Source of the DNA: Octopus vulgaris
Lineage: Eukaryota
Assembly (NCBI GenBank): GCA_951406725.2
Contig: OX597817.1
Span: forward strand, 163,928,001-163,992,000
DNA: 64,000 nt
Reading direction: 5' to 3'
The notes under the pieces were generated by a model that saw only the letters and a program-made list of their open reading frames with translations, did no database searches and was not told the DNA's origin. This document shows, in pieces, positions 54,197 to 64,000 of this stretch. How positions within the stretch are numbered: position 1 is the stretch's first letter; the number at the start of each line of letters is the position of its first letter. Both the position numbers and the translations under genes were made by a program.

Positions 54197-54562
54197 CAGC
54201 AGCAGCACGTCACAGCATGGTGTAATGCTCTATAACCGCACGTCGCAGCATCGACCATGTGTTGTGTGTTGGTGATTCCCTACTACTCCTGGAGGGTGAC
54301 ATATTTCCACCACTCTGGCGACAACTCCCCAACCCAATGGTCTGTTCGGGTAGTTGTTGCTGGTGAGGGTTACGGGGCCGGAGTGCTGCTTCAACCTCTC
54401 TTAGTCCCCTTTTACAACACGCAGAGGAAACGTTGAGTCCGTTCTATGCCATGCCACAAATAAAAACCTCAAGGCATTTTGTCCAACACTCGAACGTTCC
54501 TATCAATTTACTGTCTTCTAAATAAAGAGTAAATAGTAAATACTGATTACTTATAATGGCAG

Positions 54563-55030
54563 AGGGCCACACATTTATAGGGCGTGTTGTATAATATAAT
54601 CGTTATATATAAAAGAATATTTCTCTAAAAGACACTATCTTCAAGATAGCATGTTAGCACCAGAATTAATTGGAAGTAATTCAGTTTTGATATATAATCC
54701 ATGCCATCGAGGCAGTTGTTTTCTCATTTATCATTAAAGAAGATAAAGAAGCTGAGAGGTAGTAAGAGAAATAAGGAAGCTGAGAGGTAGTAAGAGAAAT
54801 AAAGAGAAAATGAAAGGGCCACACATTTATAGGGCGAGTTGTATAATATAATCGTTATATATAAAAGCATACGTCTCTAAAAGACACTATCTTCAAGATA
54901 GCATGTTAGCACCAGAATTAATTGGATGAAATTCAGTTTTGATATATAATCCATGTCATCGATTCAGTTGTTTTCTCATTTATCATTATAGAAGCTGAGA
55001 GGTAGTAAGAGAAATAAAGAGAAAATGAGA
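54563..55030. repeat. ~252-bp tandem duplication
   Basis: agggccacacatttatagggcg at 54563 and 54815, with parallel downstream sequence. Confidence 0.9.
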
Positions 55031-55444
55031 AGAGAGAGAGTATCATTCGTTTTATGTATGTGAATTATCTAATTATATTTAATTACTTCTCTGGAATGAA
55101 AAATGATGACCTAAGAAGAACAGCAATACTCCGAAATATCTTCGGAATCTATGAACATGCATATTTTTGTGATATATAGAGATGTGCAGACGAACGCGTC
55201 GGCGTGTTGCAGCTGTAGTTGTTGTAGCTATTGTTGTCTTGTTTAGCCCTAGGTACGCATGGGTGGTTTTGATGATAGAGAGTGCATCCATATTAGCAGT
55301 TTAGCAGCTTCGGTAATCTGTATCGAGAATTACACTGGCGCAAATCTAAGCAAATTGAAACAGGTGCAATATCTGCTAGTTGCTCTCAATGAACTTCCTT
55401 AAAACGTAGTTTGAACTAAAAGTTCGTAGATAATATATATTGAA

Positions 55445-55674
55445 AGCGGCGAGCTGGCAGAAACGTTAGCACGCCGGGAGAAATGCGTAGCCGTATTTCG
55501 TCTGCCGTTACGTTCTGGGTTCAAATTCCGCCGAGGTCGACTTTGCCTTTCATCCTTTCGGGGTCGATAAATTAAGTACCAGTTACGCACTGCGGTCGAG
55601 GTAATCGATTTAATCCGTTTGTCTGTCCTTGTTTGTCCCCTCTGTGTTTAGCCCCTTGTGGGTAGTAAAGAAAT
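55445..55674 (+). mobile_element. Young SINE family A
   Basis: Near-consensus full-length unit. Confidence 0.9.
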
Positions 55675-55699
55675 ATATATATATATATATATACGTACG

Positions 55700-55960
55700 T
55701 ACGTATGTATGTATGTATGTATGTATGTATGTATGTATGTATGTATGTATGTATGTATGTATGTATGTATGTATGTATGTATGTATGTATGTATGTATGT
55801 AGGTAGGTAGGTAGGTAGGTAGGTAGGTAGGTAGGTAGGTAGGTAGGTAGGTAGGTAGGTAGGTAGGTAGGTAGGTAGGTAGGTAGGTAGGTATGTAGGT
55901 AGGTATGTAGGTATGTAGGTAGGTAGGTAGGTAGGTAGGTAGGTAGGTATGTAGGTATGT
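55700..55960. repeat. (GTAT)n to (GTAG)n microsatellite
   Basis: Seen directly. Confidence 0.95.
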
Positions 55961-56376
55961 ATTACAATGATTTCGTATGCTGCGAGGTACGAAACCTTCT
56001 ACGATTCAAACTGGTATTTTTTCAAAGAGAAACATCATATGGTTTAATACCAAGCTATTTATATATTCTGTATGTATTTTCAATTAGATTTCCTCTATTC
56101 CTCCACTTCTTTGGACTAATAAATAAATAAATAAATAAATATATATATATACATTATCGACCGCACACACTTAAAGCATGTGTTTTATTTGTTCGCTGGT
56201 TCAATGTATTGAATAGCACCGGAGGGACGAACGCCTCATTACATTGGATATTAAAACACCTAGTAGTTCCCTCACCCCAAGGCGCTATGCCGCAGCGAAC
56301 CGCCAAAGAAACAAAACACATGGATTGAGTATGTGCAGTCGATAATATTTACAACACTAGCGCGGATTTTAATTCG

Positions 56377-56437
<61 letters not shown>

Positions 56438-56440
<3 letters not shown>

Positions 56441-56828
56441 TTTTACTCTTTTACTTGTTTCAGTCATTTGACTGCGGCCATGCTGGAGCACCGCCTTTAA
56501 TCGAGCAACTCGACCCCGGGACTTATTCTTTTGTAAGCCCAGTACTTATTCTATCGGTCTCTTTTGCCGAACCGCTAAGTAACGGGGACATAAACACACA
56601 AGCAATGCTAGGGGGACAAACACAGACACACAAACACACACACGCATATACATATACATATATACGACGGGCTTCTTTCAGTTTCCGTCTAGCAAATCCA
56701 CTCACAAGGCTTTGGTCGGCCCGAGGCTATAGTAGAAGACACTTGCCCAAGGTGCCACGCAGTGGGACTGAACCCGGAACCATGTGATTGTTAAGCAACC
56801 TACTTACCACACAGCCACTCCTGCGCCT
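56438..56828 (-). mobile_element. Full-length young SINE family B in (TA)n
   Basis: Complete head-to-tail match; TA repeats on both sides. Confidence 0.9.
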
Positions 56829-56917
56829 ATATATATATAGGAGGTATCTTCCTGGGGCTACAAACTACAGTAGCATCCACCCTTAGGGGTTAGCCATATT
56901 CAAATGACAAATATGCG

Positions 56918-56974
<57 letters not shown>

Positions 56975-57464
56975 ACACAGAAGAATGAGTAAATATTCAA
57001 AATAAATAGTCCTAAAGATGTTATTATTATTTTCAGGGGCAAATCTAAATAATTGATAATAGCAATAATAATAACATCAGTGGCAGCAAGCGAAATTAGT
57101 ATTAAATAGCTATACAATAAATTTTTTATTATTATTACAGGATACACGAAGCGCCAGCTTGTTAAAGAGTGGAAGTAAAAAGTCTCCAGCTTAACCACTA
57201 ATCTTACTGAAAATATGTAACGGACCAACAGAAATCGGGCAAACGAGTGGAATTTAACGGATTATATCAGCTAAAAAGCCGTAGAATAGGGTAACAGATA
57301 TACCTGGATCATGATTTACGAATTCTGGCTAGAGCCTCAATTCTCCTCAGCAGGTATTGATGTGTCTACAAGGAAAAATCCATCTCGCCTCATTGTAATC
57401 CGCTACGTCTTGAATAGTCCCGTGCCAAATTCAGAACAATTTCAGTGCATAAAATATGTATATA

Positions 57465-57528
<64 letters not shown>

Positions 57529-58139
57529 CATACATACATACATACATACATACATACATACATACATACATACTTACATATGTATGAGGCTTAGGTGTTG
57601 CGATACTAATGACCAAGCATATGTCTTAGAACAAAGCGAAATGTGTTGATAATAAGAGAAATGACAAAGACATAAACAGTTATCATATAAACTCCATTAT
57701 CTTACATCTGCATTTGTCCCAAAAAATTTCACTTCATATTTGAGACTCTGATGAAACTGTAAGGTGTTACTCAGGTACTCAACTATGAGTCCACTACCTC
57801 TTATAGTAGAAACAGTTATAAGCGAATGAAGTTCATAAAACAACCTGTAGTGGATCTTGCATGCATGAAGTGGATTCGATCCACCATAGCCAAATTTAAA
57901 TAAACTATGCAACAGAACTTTTCTCACGATGGATCAATGTTTTTTCTCTGACAGCAGTTTTACATTTTCCAGATGCCTTTAGCTAGGCCGAAATAATGTC
58001 TTCACCACTTGACCCTTTCTAACCTCTTCTACTTCACCAAAAGCTAGAATAGATAACAAGACCACCAACTAAATCTATTGTTCTCAATGATATATATATC
58101 CTTCTGGATCTTAATATAAGCAAGCACACTCCAATCGTA

Positions 58140-58357
58140 CTACGTACGTTTCATGGCAACAATTACATTCGAATTACAATTAAATTTAAATATATATATA
58201 TGTGTGTGTGTGTGTGTGTATGTGTGTGTGTGTGTGTGTGTATGTGTGTGTGTGTGTGTGTGTGTGGCTACAATTAAATTGGAATTACAATTAAATTTAG
58301 ATATATATATATATATATATATATATATTTCACACACCAACTTTCTCACCTATGTAT

Positions 58358-58429
<72 letters not shown>

Positions 58430-58759
58430 AATTTAATTGTAATTCGAATTTAATTGTAGCCATGAAACGTACGTAGTTTTTTTCTTATATATTGTTTATT
58501 TATTTTCATACTTTTTGAGATCTAGTTATATGTTTTATAAAAATATACTTTATTTTTTATTTATGTTTTGATTTATGTCTATCATTGTTTGAGTTGCATA
58601 ATAGTGGTTTTATCTCTAATTTATATTTATATATATTAATTATCTTTTTTAATAATTTTGATATATATTTAAATATTATAAATTAATTAATCTTATGTAT
58701 TGGCTTAAGTTTTTCATTGTATGATTTGCCTAATAGTGGTTTTATCTCTAATTTAATAT

Positions 58760-58762
<3 letters not shown>
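58140..58762. mobile_element. Inverted-pair element with a hammerhead 3' half; tail related to family 1
   Basis: 58140-58192 is the inverse of 58424-58476, which ends GCCAT-GAAAC-GTAC-GTA. aatagtggttttatctctaatt occurs twice downstream, matching the family 1 tail. Confidence 0.55.
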
Positions 58763-58833
<71 letters not shown>

Positions 58834-58923
58834 CACTATTCGCATTGCAATGCCATATCACATTTGCGTAGAAGTGTTTATTCTTGCAGGGGTATATATC
58901 GTGCATATATTTACCTATATGTG

Positions 58924-58972
<49 letters not shown>

Positions 58973-59562
58973 ATGCAAAGATATATGTATACTCATATAT
59001 ATAATTTTCATACATCGAATCATTTATTTGTCTACAAAATATAGTACAAGAAGATATAAGGTACAAATAATAATAAGTTCCAAGAAATATGTCGAAATAT
59101 ATCAAATTATCTTGCACCAAATTTGATTCCATCATTATGGAATCCTCAGCTTCCAGAAATCGATACTTCAAGCTGAACTGCAAACGTATTCAGTAATTTA
59201 AATTTCCAAGAAATTTTCCGACATTTTGAGAGATGCAATAACAATTCGGTTGTGTGTTTTCTAGGTATAAATTATGATGTAGTTGTTATGCTAAAGAGTT
59301 ACTAAGAGAAATATCTCTTCCAGCCTTAAAAGGAAATCGTGAATAAATGAATTACTAACATTACGCTAGCTTATAATTAAAGCACATATATATACATACA
59401 TATATGTATGTATATATATATATAAATATATATATATGTATGTATATATATATATATAAAAGCATACACACACACACACATACACACACACATATATATA
59501 TATATATATCAGAATTGTTTGCATAATGAGATTTAAAAAAAACAAGGCTGTGCAGATATTAG

Positions 59563-59611
<49 letters not shown>

Positions 59612-59639
59612 GAGACATACATATTTATGTGTGCATATT

Positions 59640-59964
59640 TATACATACAAACATACATAAATACATACATTCACACATACATACAAACATATAAACATAT
59701 ATACATATGCACACACACACAATACATACATACATATATGCATGCCTGCATACATATATACACATACATACATACATACATACATGCATATACATACATA
59801 AATACATACATACATACATACATACATATACATACATACATACATACATACATACATACATACATGCATGCATACATACATACATACATAGATACATACA
59901 TACATACATACATACATACATACATACATACATACATACATACATACATACATACATACATACA

Positions 59965-59995
<31 letters not shown>

Positions 59996-60000
59996 GCATA
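59640..60000. repeat. (TACA)n microsatellite
   Basis: Seen directly; similar arrays at 61895-62200. Confidence 0.95.
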
Positions 60001-60666
60001 TGTATGTTTTTTGATTAAAATTTTTGTTTTCGAAGAATTCGCAAGAAACAGCAGATGATAATGACAGACAATTTGTGTTCAGACCGGAACGTATACCTTA
60101 ATTCGACGTCGAACGAATAATTAAACTGGAATCCGAACCAACAGGAGTTGGCCGTAGGCAATATATCTATCGAGCTGATAGAAGCATAAGAATTACTGGC
60201 GGTTATTAATACCATTTATAGAAGTATTTATTTTATAAATGCTACGATGCCACTACCAACTGCCTCCCCATCGTTTATTTTATTATACGTTGATTACAAA
60301 TAATTATTTTGTATTCCTGGAAGTAAGATCTCTAAAACGTTTCATTAAAATATATCTAATTCATATATTAATACTATAGACGTTTGTGAGATTCAAATGT
60401 GTGGGGGGTGTAAGCATGTATATATGGTACACTGTATTCTTTCTGTTCAATATTTTCATTATGTTTTAAATATAAATTTTTTGTACGTCCTTCCCTCAAG
60501 ATATTCTCGCTTGTAGTAATTAACCAAATTGATTTAGTTAAGTTAAATTAAATTTGGTTGATTTTATGTTGCAAGTGATGAATTGAAACAATTGTAGGTC
60601 TGGTCTTGTCAATGAACTAATAGACTTTTATTAATCGTATCTCCATCTTTATATATATATATACAT

Positions 60667-60720
<54 letters not shown>

Positions 60721-60780
60721 ATCGTGTGTATGTGTGTGTGTGTACGTATGTGTATATGTATGTATATATGTACATACATA

Positions 60781-61001
60781 TACCAGGAGTTGCTGAAATG
60801 TTCTTGGCTTTGGATAAAAGAAAATACAGAAGGATCATTCAATTATGATTTTATTCCACATATTCCACTCTCAGATTCATATACGTATTGTAGCGGACCT
60901 TCGGTTTTTCTAAATCATGTAAAAGAAATCGGAAGGTTCGACTTCCAGCCAGGCCTTTCTCGATACCCTTAAAGCTGGGAACTTTTCAGCTGCCCCTCGT
61001 A
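60781..61001. mobile_element. mariner-type MITE
   Basis: Left end TAccaggagttgctgaaatgttcttggcttt; right end (reverse complement) TAcgaggggcagctgaaaagttcccagcttt. Confidence 0.7.
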
Positions 61002-61099
61002 TGTATGAAATAATGTATGTATGTCTCTTCTATTTTTTAATCATTATAAATTTTCTACTGAGGAGGGAGCCGGTTTCCAACAAAGATACAAAGTTCTAT

Positions 61100-61840
61100 C
61101 TTTCGGACGTAGTTAACACAGACGAATTCACATTTGGAACTTGAGAAAAGTCTTGCATATTTTTATTGTTCCACTCACAGATTGCATTTGTAATGTACGA
61201 ATTAGCCGGTAAATTTCTCTTTCTGAAAAGAGATGTTTATATCTGCAGGGTAGCTGACCTCTATGATGGTACATATCTTTGCCCCTCTGCCAAACAACAA
61301 TATCCGGTCTGTTATGTTTACATTTGACTTTTCATGCGAATATTCCACCAGTATTCTTTTGAGTTGGTGTTTATGAATGTATTCCATAAGAACGGGAGTT
61401 TCTAAGTTTATTTCAGGACAGTCTTTTTTGCGGATGGCATTGTAAATTGTTTTAGCAACAACATCGTGCCGCATAGGGAGGTAGTACTGTGATGACATTT
61501 TAGGACAGCTGCTAATCACATGCATAATGTCTTCCACAGAAACATGACATAACCTACACATGCGGTTGCACCTTAGACTTACAAGAGCGTCAGTCTCTCT
61601 TGTCCACCAGGTACTCTGTGACAATCTCCTGTTCCTGGATTGCAAACGCATAGCCTTCAAAGAGTGATGTGATGCAGTGGACTTGTGTCCAAGAGAGGCT
61701 GCGCTTCGTGTCAATTCTACTGTCTTCTTAAAGATTCCGGGCATGGTCTTTTTGTATGCTGAGTGCTTTCCATCCAGGTCATCGCTGAGATAAGAGAGCC
61801 CAGCTATTTGGGGGCTGTATACCTCCCTCAGAGCCATTTA
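61100..61840 (-). mobile_element. R4/Dong-clade LINE 3' fragment (CCHC knuckle and restriction-like endonuclease), decayed
   Basis: ORF 61202-61837 contains CRLCHVSVEDIMHVISSC...RHDVVAK and CTIIEVS.P.D.NI. Confidence 0.85.
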
Positions 61841-61945
61841 GGCGAAGAGAAATTAGATAGATAGACAGACAGATAGATAGATAGATAGATAGATACATAC
61901 ATACATACATACATACATACATACATACATACATACATACATACA

Positions 61946-61979
<34 letters not shown>

Positions 61980-62173
61980 CATGCATGCAAACGTACATAC
62001 ATACATATATTCAAACATGCATGCATACTTATATACATGCATACATACATACATACATGCATGCATACATGCATACATGCATTCAAACAGTCATACATAC
62101 ATATGTACTTGCATGCATACGTACATACATACATACATACATACATACATACATACATACATACATACATACA

Positions 62174-62204
<31 letters not shown>

Positions 62205-62693
62205 TGTCTGGTGAAATAGATTGATTTTCTGAAATAAAAACAAACCCCCTGAATTTGTAATATGCATTAATTGTAATTTGGCGCAATGTTATGTATTCAT
62301 TTATTCATAACGTCATTCGCAGACTATGTAAGAATGGGTTGCTCTTGGTAACACTTTTACGTAACGACAACATAGGAATTTATATGCTCAAAAATGTATG
62401 TGTGTATGCTGTCATTTATGCTTTATTTCTATATTTCTCGCCAATGAAAAAAAAAAGAGCCGGTTTGCAACCTAGAACCAAGGCAACTTCATAGGAATTT
62501 CAACAAACATCAGTAAGGCACATTTGTGATCGAGTATTTAGAGTCAGTGCATATGCATTTCCGTAGGTTTTCTTCTATGTATATATGTGCGTGTAAATAC
62601 AAGTCGTAGCAGACGAGAAACGTCAGCCAACGGCTCCGGAATACTCAAATATGTACATATCTGTATACATACATACATACATACATACATACA

Positions 62694-62724
<31 letters not shown>

Positions 62725-62752
62725 CTATATGTGTGTGTGTGTGTGTGTGTGT

Positions 62753-62945
62753 ATTGTTGGCGATTTTCTTTCTCCGTCTTCCCTTCCTTGGACCTTTCCT
62801 GTTTCTATGTTTCTGACGAAGAGCTCCGCTCGAAACGTTAAATCCTCCTTCGTCCTTTCCTTTCCTGAGCGTCCAATAACACCATACTTGTTCCACGTCC
62901 TCGCGTTGTTGTGTTTTCTCTTTGTGTTTTCATGTTTGGATTAAC
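62753..62945 (+). mobile_element. Hammerhead-bearing element, family 2b, ending in (TA)n
   Basis: Homologous to 52214-52390; microsatellites on both sides. Confidence 0.7.
62809..62843 (+). ncRNA. Ultra-minimal type I hammerhead ribozyme
   Basis: GTTT-CTGACGA-a-GAGC tcc GCTC-GAAAC-GTT-AAAT; loopless palindromic stem III (AACGTT). Confidence 0.75.
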
Positions 62946-62969
62946 TATATATATATATATATGTATATA

Positions 62970-63048
<79 letters not shown>

Positions 63049-63140
63049 ATGTATGTATATACACACACACATACACACATATATATATACATATCTATAT
63101 ATACATATGTATATATATATGTATATATATATATATGTAT

Positions 63141-63177
<37 letters not shown>

Positions 63178-63201
63178 CATATATATATATATATGTACAT
63201 A

Positions 63202-63279
<78 letters not shown>

Positions 63280-63431
63280 TACATTCAAATAGATGCATTG
63301 GTAAGGTTTGCATTTTTTGACAGTTCTATTGACGATTTGTGTCAATAGAACTGTCAACCTTAATTTTGATAATCTTAATTTCTCAAGATTAGTGCTCAGG
63401 CAGTTGGCTACGCATCCTTGTATCTCAATAA

Positions 63432-63483
<52 letters not shown>

Positions 63484-64000
63484 GTAAGTAGAAGGTATGT
63501 AGGTATGTACGCATGTATGTAATATGTATGTGTGCGTATGTATGCATGTATGTATGTACTTTTGTATGTATGCATGCATTTATGTATACATGTATGTATG
63601 TCTGTGTGTATGTGTCTGTGTATGTATGTTATTATTCAGTTTTATTCCACGGTTTCTTGCCAACAGAGAAAGAGTCGGTTTCTAACCTAGATGCAAGGCT
63701 CCTTCTTTGAAATTTCAACATCACCAGTGTATTTGTGCATGTTTGCCTGATTATGTACAGTATTTGGAGTCAGAGCATGTACAGATATGTATTTTTTTTG
63801 TTTTATGTATGTATCCTCAGGCATATAGTTGCTTGTCTAGACATGCGCATATGTACTTAAATACTAAACTTCTGGAAAGTTTTACAAATTTTACTGTTCC
63901 ATATTTATGAATGTATGTATGCATACATGCATGTACGTATGTTCCTAAGCATCTGCATCTGTTAGAAAATATCTGCCCTCTAAAACACATTATACACGAA

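Noticed and set aside
59115-59152. Minus-strand CTGAGGA followed by a TTCCAT/ATGGAA hairpin
   Set aside because: It is followed by TCAAAT rather than GAAA, and there is no stem I.

Overview
Eukaryotic, AT-rich, microsatellite-saturated DNA with no intact protein-coding gene; most ORFs in the supplied track are artefacts of (TA)n/(CA)n/(TACA)n/(GATA)n/(ATT)n arrays or SINEs. The repeat content (two very abundant tRNA-derived SINE families, R4/Dong, RTE and CR1/L2-type LINE relics, mariner, hAT and Helentron-like MITEs) most resembles an octopus genome; this is my recognition, not a database result. The main unexplained signal is a set of short (about 200-600 bp) non-coding elements from at least six mutually dissimilar families, each carrying a type I hammerhead ribozyme motif with a short palindromic stem III. 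Most sit in (TA)n arrays, many as divergent inverted pairs, which is the signature of Penelope-like pLTRs or non-LTR retrozymes. They include unusual variants: a U3-A8 covaried core, an A6U core shared by two copies, a ~200-nt loop II insertion, and one circularly permuted ~460-nt monomer. Two further observations: one SINE family repeatedly joins at the same position inside older copies of itself, and the unique DNA appears to hold decayed minus-strand exons of a vitellogenin/apolipophorin-like pseudogene (tentative). All folds and alignments were done by eye.
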